Assembly (NCBI GenBank): GCA_965231015.1
Contig: OZ246408.1
Span: 19,755 to 83,754 of the forward strand
Direction: 5' to 3'
Source of the DNA: an uncultured Gammaproteobacteria bacterium
GTDB lineage: Bacteria > Patescibacteriota > Patescibacteriia > UBA9934 > CAZDDW01
DNA: 64,000 bases
Shown here: positions 48,898 through 59,114 of the stretch, piece by piece
Layout of the letters: every line of letters starts with the position of its first letter
Numbering within the stretch: position 1 is the stretch's first letter
The notes under the pieces: model-generated
What the model was told of the DNA's origin: nothing
The model's database searches: none
The model's input: only the letters and a program-made list of their open reading frames with translations
Position numbers and translations under genes: made by a program

Positions 48898-49346
48898 AGA
48901 TAAATCCATTGGCAATTGGAATCATTGCTGGTGTTCTGGTAGTAATCGACGAGGTGTTTAAATATTTAGTATTATCAAGACTTCCTGAAAATGGGAGTCT
49001 TATTGGTAATAAATTTTTTGCCCTTGGTCTACACAAGAACTTCGGCATTGCCTTCAACCTACCATTGAATTTACCTCTGGTGATTATTATCACCATTCTA
49101 CTGATCATAATTTTTGGCATCTTTATCAGTAAGCACTATCAAACCCAACCCAGATTAGCTTCAGGATGTTTATTGATTATTCTTGGAGCAATCGGTAATC
49201 TATTTGACCGGATTATTTATGGATTCACAGTTGATTACTTAATTTTTTTCACCCGTTCAGCCATCAATCTCTCGGATGTTCTCATCGTTGCTGGAATTGC
49301 TTGGTTGATCCTTGGCAACCGATCGAATATATCTAAAAATCCATAA
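48894..49346 (+). CDS. lspA: Lipoprotein signal peptidase II
   Basis: N.GIAF, GAIGNLFDR..YG.TVDY, NLSD. Confidence 0.88.
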   Translation: MKINPLAIGIIAGVLVVIDEVFKYLVLSRLPENGSLIGNKFFALGLHKNFGIAFNLPLNLPLVIIITILLIIIFGIFISKHYQTQPRLASGCLLIILGAIGNLFDRIIYGFTVDYLIFFTRSAINLSDVLIVAGIAWLILGNRSNISKNP

Positions 49347-49404
49347 ATCTTGAAATTTAGAAATAATTTATGACTCCCCGTTGTAATAATTATTGGGAGT
49401 TTTT

Positions 49405-50928
49405 ATGTCTCAAAAAATTCAATCCGCCACTATTATTGGGCTACAGGCCGAACTCATTGAGGTCGAGGCTTCATCCAGTATGGGAATGACAAACTTTTTC
49501 CTGGTTGGTCTTCCTGATACGGAAATTAAGGAAGCTCGAGAACGAGTACGAGCCGCCATCAAAGCGTCTGGTTTACCATTTCCCAGGGGACGAATCATTG
49601 TTAACCTGGCCCCGGCTCGAGTCAAAAAGACCGGCACACATTTTGATATACCGATCGCCCTTTCCTTGCTCTCAAGTCTTGGCGAGCTTGAACTAAAAAA
49701 GACCAAGGATGCGTTGTTCATGGGCGAGCTCGGACTCGACGGCACCGTACGACCAATCACTGGTGTCTTGATTGCTGCCTTGGCAGCCCGAGATCATAAC
49801 ATAAATACAATTTACGTTCCTGAAGCTAACGTTAATGAGGCCAGTATCGTCAAAGAATGCCGAGTTTATCCAATTAAAACCCTGGCTGGGTTAGTTCGAC
49901 ACCTAAACGGGGAAGAGGAGATCAAACCAGCCGAGCCCCAACGGTTCTCGATCCAAGAATCAACCAAACATAAATTTGACATGGCTGACGTGCGCGGGCA
50001 GGAGTACGTGAAAAGAGCGCTTGAGATTGCCGCGGCCGGTGGACACAACGTCTTGCTGAATGGGCCTCCGGGCTCTGGCAAAACCTTGCTCGCAAAAACC
50101 TTTGCCTCAATTTTGCCTGAACTCAACCTGCCCGAAGCTTTGGAGGTGTCAAAAATTTATTCGGCAGCCGGACTCGTTGAGGAGGGAAAGCCTTTGGTGG
50201 CCACCCGACCGTTCCGCCATCCGCACCACAGCGCCTCAAGTGTTTCGATTGTGGGTGGCGGCGGATGGCCGCGTCCAGGAGAGATCAGTTTGGCTCACCG
50301 CGGGGTATTGTTTATGGACGAATTCCCTGAATTTCCACGCCACGTCCTTGAAACATTACGCCAACCTCTTGAAGACGGGATTATCACGGTGGCTCGAGCC
50401 GCCGGCACATTTACCTTCCCGGCCAAGTTTATGCTACTTGCGGCCATGAACCCGTGTCCGTGCGGTTTCGCGAGCGACCCGGACAAACAATGTGTTTGTA
50501 CCCCACGACGACTAGTTGATTACAGCAAGAAAATCTCAGGACCGCTTCTCGACCGCATTGATCTTGGAGTGGAGGTTCCAAAAGTAAAAACCGAGGCTTT
50601 AATGCGCGATGAACCGGCTGAAGCTTCGGACGTAATTCGAAAACGAGTAAAAGCCGCGCGAATGATCCAACACGAGAGACTAAACCAGCACAACATCTTT
50701 GTAAACAGCGAGATGTCGAGTCGGCTCATTAAACAATTCTGCCCACTAAACGACGCCGGATCAAAATTACTTGAACAAGCGATCAAAACCAAGCATTTAT
50801 CTGCCCGAGCCTACACTCGAGTTCTCAAAATATCTCGCACTATTGCAGATCTCGCCGGAGAAGGTATGATTGCGCCCGAGCATATTCTCGAGGCGCTTCA
50901 GTATAGACCCAAAACGGCTGAACTGTAA
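49405..50928 (+). CDS. comM: YifB/ComM Mg-chelatase-like AAA ATPase
   Basis: VGLPD...EARERVR, VNLAPA, GPPGSGKT, RPFRHPHHS, PGEISLAHRGVLF.DE, AMNPCPCG. Confidence 0.95.
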   Translation: MSQKIQSATIIGLQAELIEVEASSSMGMTNFFLVGLPDTEIKEARERVRAAIKASGLPFPRGRIIVNLAPARVKKTGTHFDIPIALSLLSSLGELELKKTKDALFMGELGLDGTVRPITGVLIAALAARDHNINTIYVPEANVNEASIVKECRVYPIKTLAGLVRHLNGEEEIKPAEPQRFSIQESTKHKFDMADVRGQEYVKRALEIAAAGGHNVLLNGPPGSGKTLLAKTFASILPELNLPEALEVSKIYSAAGLVEEGKPLVATRPFRHPHHSASSVSIVGGGGWPRPGEISLAHRGVLFMDEFPEFPRHVLETLRQPLEDGIITVARAAGTFTFPAKFMLLAAMNPCPCGFASDPDKQCVCTPRRLVDYSKKISGPLLDRIDLGVEVPKVKTEALMRDEPAEASDVIRKRVKAARMIQHERLNQHNIFVNSEMSSRLIKQFCPLNDAGSKLLEQAIKTKHLSARAYTRVLKISRTIADLAGEGMIAPEHILEALQYRPKTAEL

Positions 50929-50932
50929 TCAA

Positions 50933-50959
50933 AGGGGCAACCACAAGGGTTGCCCCTAC
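50933..50959 (-). repeat. GTAG-type REP-like palindrome
   Basis: Reverse complement GTAGGGGCAACCCTTGTGGTTGCCCCT. Confidence 0.7.
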
Positions 50960-50966
50960 ACCGTTT

Positions 50967-51190
50967 CCGCCACTTCGAGCACGACGTGGGTTGATGGACA
51001 TTTTTTACCGGTTCCGACCGAATGGGAGGGATGACGAGAACTGCTTGAAGCCGAGCGCCCACCTAAAAAACAACCAGCGCGAGGCAAGTTCTGCAGTCAA
51101 GGTAAAAAATGTTCATTAATAACCTCAGGCAAGCGCAGAAAGGCGGTTGGTTTCTTTTCTTGCTTTTCTTTGCCAATCCAAAGAAAAGCA
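50967..51190 (+). repeat. Structured dispersed repeat, copy B
   Basis: CCGCCACTTCGAGCACGACG...TGCTTTTCTTTGCCAATCCAAAGAAAAGCA. Confidence 0.9.
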
Positions 51191-51204
51191 AACTGTAATA
51201 TACT

Positions 51205-51427
51205 TGACCTTTTGAACGACTTATTATAATGTAGGACGTTCGGTTCCAAAAACCGGAAAACCTATATGAACATGATGCTTACGCACAACAAGAAAACACC
51301 CTTTGTTGGGGATGTCTCTGGGGCTATTGCTCCAGGTTTGGTTGGGCGTTTTCTAAAAATAAGTATGCATTATGTTTAAATTTTAACTTGTTTTTAGGAA
51401 AGGCCCGGCCATAGTGCCGGGTCTTTT
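51205..51427 (+). promoter_or_regulatory. Promoter, structured leader with 37-codon uORF, and terminator upstream of the ABC exporter
   Basis: TTGACC...TATAAT; uORF 51266-51379 lies in a long rod (AACATGATGC/GCATTATGTT, AGAAAACACCC/GGGCGTTTTCT); GGCCCGGC...GCCGGGTC-TTTT. Confidence 0.5.
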
Positions 51428-51600
51428 GATTCAATTGAATACTCGAAACCTCGCTCGAGCTAAGCCGAGGGTTGGTTAAGTGTGTTCGAACAATGAATCA
51501 AAGCTTAGGTCCTTAGCACCTAAGCATCTTGTTCACTGTTTGGGTGGTGCGGAAGCATAAGGCGACTGTGCCACCTGGACGTAATCTAGGAATTTGTCTT

Positions 51601-53346
51601 ATGAACGAATTCGCAGAATTCTGGTTGAAGCTCTGGAAACTAATCCGACCCTACAAGCGTTCGCTTGGGTGGACCGCTGTTTCTATTCTGATAGTTCAAA
51701 TTCTGATCCTGGTTGATCCGTACCTTTTCAAACTGATCCTTGATGAGTTCCAAAATTGGGGACCTGGATCAAACAAAACGATCCTCTGGTTGATTGGTGG
51801 TGTGTTCATTACCACATGGGTAATCACCGCAGTCAACAATGTTAAACACAGGAACATCTTCAAATCCCTCTTGATTGTGGAACGTGAAGTTCCTAGTCGG
51901 TGCATGAAAAAGCTACTTGATCTATCCTTCGGTTATCATCTGCGTGAAAACACGGGTGGAAAGATGGGCAAGATCACTCGTGGAACCCACAAGCTGATCG
52001 ACATCCTGGCTTTCATCATGTTCGATGTTGTTCCGACTCTGATTGAGATTGTTCTCGTTGGAATAGTGATCTTGACTTTGAACTGGTTGGTGGCCCTAAT
52101 TTTCCTGGCTGCTATCCCGCTCTACCTAGTCCAAGTTCTGTTCACAGAACGCAAAATTGGACCAATGCGGAGATTACGTCACGACCGATACGAAGCAGCT
52201 GACCACATGATGACGCAAGCGATTGTAAACGTCTCAAGCGTACAGTCGTTCGCTCAAGAGCAAGGTGAGTATGACCGTTTCTATTCCCTGAAAGAAAAAA
52301 TCTTCAAGGATGAAATGGCTGAATGGATTTGGCAGATCAACTTCGACTGGTTCCGAGCCGGGGTCATTAACGTGGCTCAGGTAGCAGTACTAGCCGTCTC
52401 TGTTTGGCAGGTGAGTAATGGGAACATTTCAATGGGTTCATTGGTACTGTTCCTAATCCTTTCAAACAAAGTCTACTTCTCAATCTACAAACTCTCACGG
52501 CTTTACGAGAAGATTGCTGATGCTAGTGAATCTGTTTCAAGGCTCATCAACATCCTCAACGAACCGGTTGAGATTGAGTCAAACAAGAACGCGATAAATC
52601 CAGAGATGATCGAGGGCAATATTGCTTTCGAAAATATTTCGTTTTGTTATCCAGAAACCAACAACGGAATCCATGGACTCAGTCTGGAAATCAAATCCGG
52701 TGAAACCGTTGGGCTTTGTGGCCCATCAGGTGGCGGTAAGAGCACCTTGGCCCGGCTTGTTCCACGTTTCTACGACGTTTGCTCTGGTTCAATCCAGATT
52801 GATGGAGTAGACGTGCGCGAGCTAGACCTTCGGTACCGACGCCACATCGCTGCCGTGCCACAAGAAGTTGAAATCTTCGATGGCACCATTGCGGACAACA
52901 TCAAGTATGGTTGCCCGAGCGCAACCGATGCTCAGGTTCGTGATGCAGCCAGAGTGGCTAACGTGGATGAGTTCGTTGAGAAGCTCGAGCATGGTTACAA
53001 AACCGTGGTCGGGGAACGCGGTCTTAGACTCTCTGGGGGACAACGCCAACGGGTGGGTATTGCTCGCGCGATTCTCACCGACCCCGCCGTGTTAATCTTT
53101 GATGAAGCCACTTCTCACCTTGACCCAATCAGTGAAGAACTAATCCAGGAATCTATGAAGGAACTTATGGGTACCCGAACGATTCTTATCATCGCCCATC
53201 GACTTTCCACGATCCAAGACGCTGACCGAATCGTGGTTCTGGACGAAGGAAGAATCAAAGAGCAAGGTACTCACAAAACCCTTATGTCTCGCGGTGGGCT
53301 TTACCATGAGCTTGCCACGTGCCTGGCAACAGACACTTCAACCTAA
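51601..53346 (+). CDS. ABC exporter, fused permease/ATP-binding (MsbA/Atm1-like)
   Basis: TM domain, GPSGGGKST, LSGGQRQR, IFDEATS, IAHRLST. Confidence 0.92.
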   Translation: MNEFAEFWLKLWKLIRPYKRSLGWTAVSILIVQILILVDPYLFKLILDEFQNWGPGSNKTILWLIGGVFITTWVITAVNNVKHRNIFKSLLIVEREVPSRCMKKLLDLSFGYHLRENTGGKMGKITRGTHKLIDILAFIMFDVVPTLIEIVLVGIVILTLNWLVALIFLAAIPLYLVQVLFTERKIGPMRRLRHDRYEAADHMMTQAIVNVSSVQSFAQEQGEYDRFYSLKEKIFKDEMAEWIWQINFDWFRAGVINVAQVAVLAVSVWQVSNGNISMGSLVLFLILSNKVYFSIYKLSRLYEKIADASESVSRLINILNEPVEIESNKNAINPEMIEGNIAFENISFCYPETNNGIHGLSLEIKSGETVGLCGPSGGGKSTLARLVPRFYDVCSGSIQIDGVDVRELDLRYRRHIAAVPQEVEIFDGTIADNIKYGCPSATDAQVRDAARVANVDEFVEKLEHGYKTVVGERGLRLSGGQRQRVGIARAILTDPAVLIFDEATSHLDPISEELIQESMKELMGTRTILIIAHRLSTIQDADRIVVLDEGRIKEQGTHKTLMSRGGLYHELATCLATDTST

Positions 53347-53392
53347 AACCAGCCGGCTCTCCGTGAGCCCGGCTGGTTTCTTATTCATGATC

Positions 53393-53794
53393 TTATACTA
53401 CGTATCGTGCTATTAGGTAAGCACCTACAAGAATCGAGATCCAAATTATTCCAATAGCATCCAAAATACGCATGCGAGTCCTGAACTCTTCCCAAGACCC
53501 CCAACCTCCGGCGCGCCAGGACAGTTGGCGGCCAAACAGAACCATGATGATCAAAGCGGCAATTCCAACCACCGGAATTAAAGAAAGCAAGAACCAAAAA
53601 TAAAGCCTAGACCCGAAAGTAAATCCTTGGGTGAAGAAAAGGGCTCCCAGCGACGGACCGCGCAGATAGCGAGCCTGAGTTTTTTCAGATGGCTCAATAA
53701 TAATATTAAAACCACAGTGTTTGCACTGTTCCTGTAATTCTTTTACTGCCTGTTTACAATCTGGGCAAGACTTATGATCGAGTTCTTTTTTCAT
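53393..53794 (-). CDS. Membrane protein with N-terminal zinc ribbon
   Basis: CPDC...CKHCG followed by TM segments. Confidence 0.7.
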   Translation of the reverse strand: MKKELDHKSCPDCKQAVKELQEQCKHCGFNIIIEPSEKTQARYLRGPSLGALFFTQGFTFGSRLYFWFLLSLIPVVGIAALIIMVLFGRQLSWRAGGWGSWEEFRTRMRILDAIGIIWISILVGAYLIARYVV

Positions 53795-53849
53795 GAATCT
53801 ATTATATCAGAAAAGCACCGATTAGGGTGCTTTTCATTGTTATTTCAAA

Positions 53850-55190
53850 TTATCGAATGTAACTCAATGGATTGCGAGTGCTGCCATTCACCCGAACCTC
53901 AAAGTGAAGGTGAGTTCCGGTTGATCTACCGGTCGTACCACAAACTCCAAGGTCTTGTCCGGCACCAACGGTCTGTCCGGCACTTACCGCAATAGAAGAA
54001 AAATGTCCATAACGGGTCACCATGCCGCCACCATGGTCAACATCAACCATTAATCCATAACCACCATTCCATCCGGCGTAAGTTACTACTCCGGAGTTAG
54101 CGGCATAGTTGTGGTTAGTGTAACCACAGTCAATATCAAGTCCACCGTGGCTCCAACCATAGTACTGAGTAATAACACGCAAGTCTGATGGCCAGACCCA
54201 ACCACCGGTTGAACCGGAATAAGTTCCGGAATAAGTTGAAACACCACTGCCACTTGAAGCCGAGCTACCAGATGATGAAGTGGTAGCCGCTGAAACAACG
54301 GTTCGTTTAATTCCACCGGGCAAAATTAATTCCTCACCGACCACAATGTCATTCGAGTCAGCCAAAGCATTAAAGGCAATGATATCTTCCGTCTCAACTT
54401 CGTATTCTTTAGCAATTTCAAGCAGGGTTTCTCCAGAAGTTACAGTATGTAAAATACCGGTTACCGGCGGAATCTTCAGTTCATCTCCGGGACGAATATA
54501 ACTCCAAGTTCCAAGACCATTAGCCCAAAGCACGGTCGAGGTACTCACCCCAAATTTCTCCGCAATCGAACTAACTGTGTCGCCGTCCTCCACCACGTAA
54601 GACTCCACTTCTGTTCGCGGAGCAATACTTTCACCCCCCTCCTGAATGGTAGGGCTGACCAACGCTCCGCCACCAAGAGTGGTAATGTGTGACTCTTCAA
54701 AAGTAAGATCATTCATGTAACTAGTTCCGTCCATCAAGCCTTCACCCAAGTAACTAGTCGGTTCAGGTTCTCGAATCTCAACCGCTGACACTTCTTCTAC
54801 CAAATATGAATCATCATTAGCTACCAAAGCATATAAAGTGCTACGCTCACCAAAATTTTCCGCCCTAACTTCTGAACCACTAAAGTTGACCGCACTGGCA
54901 ACAAGAGCGACAGCCACAATAGCAAAGTGAATTGCAAATCGATTTGAAAACATGTATAGGAAACGCTCTCGAGCCGGCAAATACAGTTTTGAGGCTTGGC
55001 GTCGTCCGGCAAACCATAACCGCAATGCACGCACTGCGAACGGACGAACAAAAAATCGTCCAAACCAACGCACCGGAGTAAACACAAGGCGCAAAGTAGG
55101 ACGAATCTTCTTCTTTAAAACCACCATCGCACCTAAAAAAGCGAGGGCAAATCTGATTCCAAATTGTTTTAAAGTAAGTTTGATATACAC
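53850..55190 (-). CDS. LysM plus M23 family peptidoglycan endopeptidase
   Basis: Two LysM (YVVEDGDTVSSIA, HTV.SGETL..IA), HGGLD, YGH, STGTHLHFEV. Confidence 0.93.
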   Translation of the reverse strand: MYIKLTLKQFGIRFALAFLGAMVVLKKKIRPTLRLVFTPVRWFGRFFVRPFAVRALRLWFAGRRQASKLYLPARERFLYMFSNRFAIHFAIVAVALVASAVNFSGSEVRAENFGERSTLYALVANDDSYLVEEVSAVEIREPEPTSYLGEGLMDGTSYMNDLTFEESHITTLGGGALVSPTIQEGGESIAPRTEVESYVVEDGDTVSSIAEKFGVSTSTVLWANGLGTWSYIRPGDELKIPPVTGILHTVTSGETLLEIAKEYEVETEDIIAFNALADSNDIVVGEELILPGGIKRTVVSAATTSSSGSSASSGSGVSTYSGTYSGSTGGWVWPSDLRVITQYYGWSHGGLDIDCGYTNHNYAANSGVVTYAGWNGGYGLMVDVDHGGGMVTRYGHFSSIAVSAGQTVGAGQDLGVCGTTGRSTGTHLHFEVRVNGSTRNPLSYIR

Positions 55191-55341
55191 CTCTCGGGAA
55201 ACCTGATCAAACTGGAGCAGCGACGGTCGGAATAGCCTGTTTTCATGCGTTTTCCAAGCTGACAGTTTTCAGGATTACGGGGAGTAATATAGCAAAAATG
55301 CCGTATTTAGTCAATGGATCGTGTCAAACATTTGACTAATT

Positions 55342-55971
55342 TTAGATATTTTTGTCAAACAAAGTTGGAAGAAAGGGTCTAAAATTCATGCGGTGTATTG
55401 GACATGGACCATACTCGGAAATAGCTGACTCATGATCCCGGGTTCCATACCCTTTATGCTTAGCAAAACCGTATTCTGGGTATTTCTCCTCATACTTTAT
55501 CATAATCCGATCCCTGGTCACTTTGGCAATCACTGAAGCTGCGGCAATCGACTTTACGGTCCGGTCTCCCTTGATGATTCTTTTTTGAGGAAGTGTAATT
55601 CCGGGCACCAAATATCCGTCTACGAGCACATAATCTATTTCACTAATCTGCCCAAGCGCCCGACGCATGGCCAAAAAAGTGGCTTGTCTTAGGCCAAAAG
55701 TCTCAATCTCAGCCACAGACGCTTCAGCTACCCCACACGCCTTAGTTTTGCTTAAAATTTGCGGATACAGCTCCTCCCGTGCTGCCGGACTCATTAATTT
55801 CGAATCTTTTACCTTAGCCAGGCGTGAATTTAAAGGAAAAATCACTGCTGCGGCCACTACTGGACCGGCTAATGCACCACAACCCGCTTCATCAACCCCA
55901 ACGATTGCGGTATATCCAGCCTTAATAAGAGATCGCTCCTCTTGAAATGTTGGGGATGAAGGAATTGACAT
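55342..55971 (-). CDS. rnhB: Ribonuclease HII
   Basis: GVDEAG.GALAGPV, DSK, KGD..V.SIAAAS..AKVTRD, HKGYGT. Confidence 0.96.
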   Translation of the reverse strand: MSIPSSPTFQEERSLIKAGYTAIVGVDEAGCGALAGPVVAAAVIFPLNSRLAKVKDSKLMSPAAREELYPQILSKTKACGVAEASVAEIETFGLRQATFLAMRRALGQISEIDYVLVDGYLVPGITLPQKRIIKGDRTVKSIAAASVIAKVTRDRIMIKYEEKYPEYGFAKHKGYGTRDHESAISEYGPCPIHRMNFRPFLPTLFDKNI

Positions 55972-56023
55972 AATGGTATACTACCACTATTATAATACCG
56001 TTCTAAAATTAAACTCGCAAAGT

Positions 56024-58015
56024 ATGAGTATTACACTCTATGCAGTAATTGCCGGAGTGCTCGCAATCCTATACGGTGCCGCCTTGGTCCGATGGATTAT
56101 GAAGCAACCGGCCGGTGAGGGAAAGATGAAAGGCATCGCCCTTGCTATTCAAGAAGGCGCTAACGCCTACATGGCCCGCCAGTATACCGTTATCGGTTGG
56201 ATTGGTGTGGTTGTTTTTTTAACTCTTGGTTTCCTTTTAAACTGGACCATTGCCCTTGGCTTTTTAGTTGGAGCAATCTTTAGTGGAATTGCCGGAGCCA
56301 TTGGAATGTCGGTTTCAGTTCGGGCTAACGTTCGAACTACTGAAGCCGCTAAAAAGGGAATGCTGGAGGCACTGGCCGTGGCCGTGCGCGGAGGAGCTGT
56401 GACCGGATTCTTTGTGGTGGGTCTTGGGCTTCTCTCGGTTGCCGGATTTTTTGCTATCACCGGAAACGTTGATGCCTTAATCGGACTCGGCTTTGGTGGA
56501 TCTTTAATCTCCGTTTTTGCTCGACTCGGTGGTGGTATCTTTACCAAGGCCGCTGACGTGGGAGCAGACCTGGTAGGAAAAGTTGAGGCCGGAATTCCAG
56601 AGGACGATCCGCGTAACCCGGCCGTGATTGCTGATAACGTTGGTGACAACGTAGGGGACTGTGCCGGAATGGCCGCTGACCTTTTCGAGACTTATGCTGT
56701 GACCATGGTAGCCGCCATGTTCCTTGGAAAACTGGCTTACGGTGACGTAACTGCTGTTCTTGAATACCCACTGGCTCTTGGAGCTGTCGCAATTTTGGCT
56801 TCCATTATTGGAGTCTGGTTCATTAAGCTGGGCCCTAAAAAGAACATCATGGGTGCTCTTTACAAAGGACTGATTGTGTCAGGTGGATTGGCTGCAATTG
56901 CTTTCTACTTTTTAACCAACTGGATGATGAAAGACATTGTTGGGCTTGACCCAATGAGCTTATTCTATTCATCTCTGGTTGGACTTGCCGTTACTGCAAT
57001 CTTGATCGTTCTGACTGAATATTACACCGGAACCGAATATTCACCAGTTAAAAAAGTAGCTGAAGCGTCCCAAAACGGACACGGAACCAACATTATTTCT
57101 GGACTGGCACTTTCCATGCGTTCAACCGGTTGGCCGGTGCTGGCCATTGCGATTGGAATTCTGGCCGCTTTCAGTTTTGCTGGACTTTATGGAGTTGCCA
57201 TTGCTGCTGTGGCAATGCTGTCTCTGACCGGAGTGATTGTGGCGATCGACGCTTATGGACCTATCACCGACAACGCCGGTGGAATCGCTGAAATGGCAGA
57301 ACTCCCTAGTGAAGTTCGTGACATCACTGACCCACTCGATGCGGTTGGAAACACCACCAAGGCGGTAACCAAAGCTTACGCCATTGGATCAGCCGGACTT
57401 GCTACTCTGGTCCTGTTTGGTTCATATACTGAAGAACTTATGAAATTTGGACAAGAGTTCCATTTCTCCCTAACCGACCCAATGGTAATCGCCGGGCTCT
57501 TTATTGGTGGGCTTCTACCATTTGTCTTTGCGAGTTACGCCATGGAAGCGGTTGGAAAGACAGCTGGTAAGGTCGTAGAAGAAGTGCGCCGACAGTTCCG
57601 CGAAATCAAGGGAATCATGGAAGGAGAGGCTAAACCTGACTATGGTAAAGCTGTAGACATCGTTACTCGCTCAGCGATTAATCAAATGATCGTGCCCGCC
57701 CTTATTCCCGTGCTTGCACCGCTCGTGATTGGACTTATCCTTGGACCGGTTGCTCTCGGAGGTGTGTTAATTGGTTCAATCGTCACCGGACTATTCGTGG
57801 CTATTTCTATGACCACTGGTGGTGGGGCTTGGGACAACGCTAAGAAGTATATTGAAATGGGAAACTTTGGTGGAAAGAAATCAGCCGCCCATGACGCTGC
57901 TGTGACCGGTGACACGGTGGGGGATCCGTACAAGGACACTGCTGGTCCAGCCATCAACCCAATGATCAAGATTCTGAATATTGTTGCATTGCTCATCGTT
58001 GCCTTGATTGTGTAA
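56024..58015 (+). CDS. hppA: Membrane pyrophosphatase (K+-independent H+-PPase type)
   Basis: [51 protein letters not shown]. Confidence 0.95.
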   Translation: MSITLYAVIAGVLAILYGAALVRWIMKQPAGEGKMKGIALAIQEGANAYMARQYTVIGWIGVVVFLTLGFLLNWTIALGFLVGAIFSGIAGAIGMSVSVRANVRTTEAAKKGMLEALAVAVRGGAVTGFFVVGLGLLSVAGFFAITGNVDALIGLGFGGSLISVFARLGGGIFTKAADVGADLVGKVEAGIPEDDPRNPAVIADNVGDNVGDCAGMAADLFETYAVTMVAAMFLGKLAYGDVTAVLEYPLALGAVAILASIIGVWFIKLGPKKNIMGALYKGLIVSGGLAAIAFYFLTNWMMKDIVGLDPMSLFYSSLVGLAVTAILIVLTEYYTGTEYSPVKKVAEASQNGHGTNIISGLALSMRSTGWPVLAIAIGILAAFSFAGLYGVAIAAVAMLSLTGVIVAIDAYGPITDNAGGIAEMAELPSEVRDITDPLDAVGNTTKAVTKAYAIGSAGLATLVLFGSYTEELMKFGQEFHFSLTDPMVIAGLFIGGLLPFVFASYAMEAVGKTAGKVVEEVRRQFREIKGIMEGEAKPDYGKAVDIVTRSAINQMIVPALIPVLAPLVIGLILGPVALGGVLIGSIVTGLFVAISMTTGGGAWDNAKKYIEMGNFGGKKSAAHDAAVTGDTVGDPYKDTAGPAINPMIKILNIVALLIVALIV

Positions 58016-58032
58016 AAAGCAAAATTGATATT

Positions 58033-58062
58033 AAAGCAGGACTCGAAAGGGTCCTGCTTTTT
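58033..58062 (+). terminator. Rho-independent terminator of hppA
   Basis: AAAGCAGGACTC-GAAA-GGGTCCTGCTTTTT. Confidence 0.85.
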
Positions 58063-58066
58063 GGTT

Positions 58067-58290
58067 CCGCCACTTCGAGCACGACGGAGGTTAATGGACA
58101 TTTTTGACCGCTTCCGACCGAATGGGAGGAATGACGAGGATTGTTTGAAGCCGAGCACCTACCTTAAGAATATAAGGTGCGAGGCAGGTTCCGCAGTCAA
58201 GGGAAGAAATGTCCATTATCTACCTCCGGCGAGCGCAGAAAGGCGGTTGGTTTCTTTTCTTGCTTTTCTTTGCCAACCCAAAGAAAAGCA
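58067..58290 (+). repeat. Structured dispersed repeat, copy C
   Basis: CCGCCACTTCGAGCACGACG...TGCTTTTCTTTGCCAACCCAAAGAAAAGCA. Confidence 0.9.
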
Positions 58291-58347
58291 AATGGTTTTT
58301 CAAACAGAAACGCCCCACGGGTCGAGTGACTCATGGGGCAGGGTGGG

Positions 58348-58980
58348 CTAGTCGTGGAAGATCTTGGCGTCGTCGCGGTCATCGCGCTCGCGCATCCGCT
58401 TGTACCAACTGTGGTAGAACGGGGCAACGATGATCGTGATGAGAGTGAGTGTAAGAAAGGAACCGAGGAGCAGACCGTGACGAACCAGAGTGTCCGAGGT
58501 CTTGTCGAAGAAGTACGAAACGATTGCCACTACCGTGATGGATAAGAGCCATCCGGTCAGGTAATCGATCGGGAACCAACCAAAAACCCAGCAACTCTTG
58601 GCGTGCCACCACACGGTTTGAGGACGGAAGTTCCAAATCGTGTAGTGGGGATTCAGGACAAACCAGAGGAAATCCCACAGCGGACACCATGCCAAGTACA
58701 GGGCCACGGTGAGCAACTCCTGTTCGAGCGACCAATCCACACCCATCACGAACGGGGAGTGAAAGACCACCAAAGGTAAGAAGAACATGAAGGCGTGGTA
58801 GCCAGTCAACGGCTTACCGCCGAGAAACAAGCCATAAACCCGTGCCACCAGACCTTGCGTCCGATACCAGGTTGGCATCTTCTCGGCCCAGCCGTACTTA
58901 CCCTCGCTTTCAATCTCCACCAGGGCGAAGATGACAGCCAAAGCAAACCAGAACAGAGCCATTCCAAATACGTCCGTCAT
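58348..58980 (-). CDS. Hypothetical Trp-rich integral membrane protein
   Basis: EIESEGKYGWA...KPLTGYH...DFLWFVLNP; SD GGAGGTG; promoter TTGACA-17-TATATT; GC-richer than its flanks. Confidence 0.75.
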   Translation of the reverse strand: MTDVFGMALFWFALAVIFALVEIESEGKYGWAEKMPTWYRTQGLVARVYGLFLGGKPLTGYHAFMFFLPLVVFHSPFVMGVDWSLEQELLTVALYLAWCPLWDFLWFVLNPHYTIWNFRPQTVWWHAKSCWVFGWFPIDYLTGWLLSITVVAIVSYFFDKTSDTLVRHGLLLGSFLTLTLITIIVAPFYHSWYKRMRERDDRDDAKIFHD

Positions 58981-59114
58981 CTTACACCTCCGGAGTTAAA
59001 TGTGCGGTGGCACAATATACCACAAAATATGCCCTTTGTCAATCCGAAACGTTTGACACTTTAGCCAAAAAAAGCTAAACTCGCGGCACGTAACAATTCT
59101 CTAATAGACCAATT

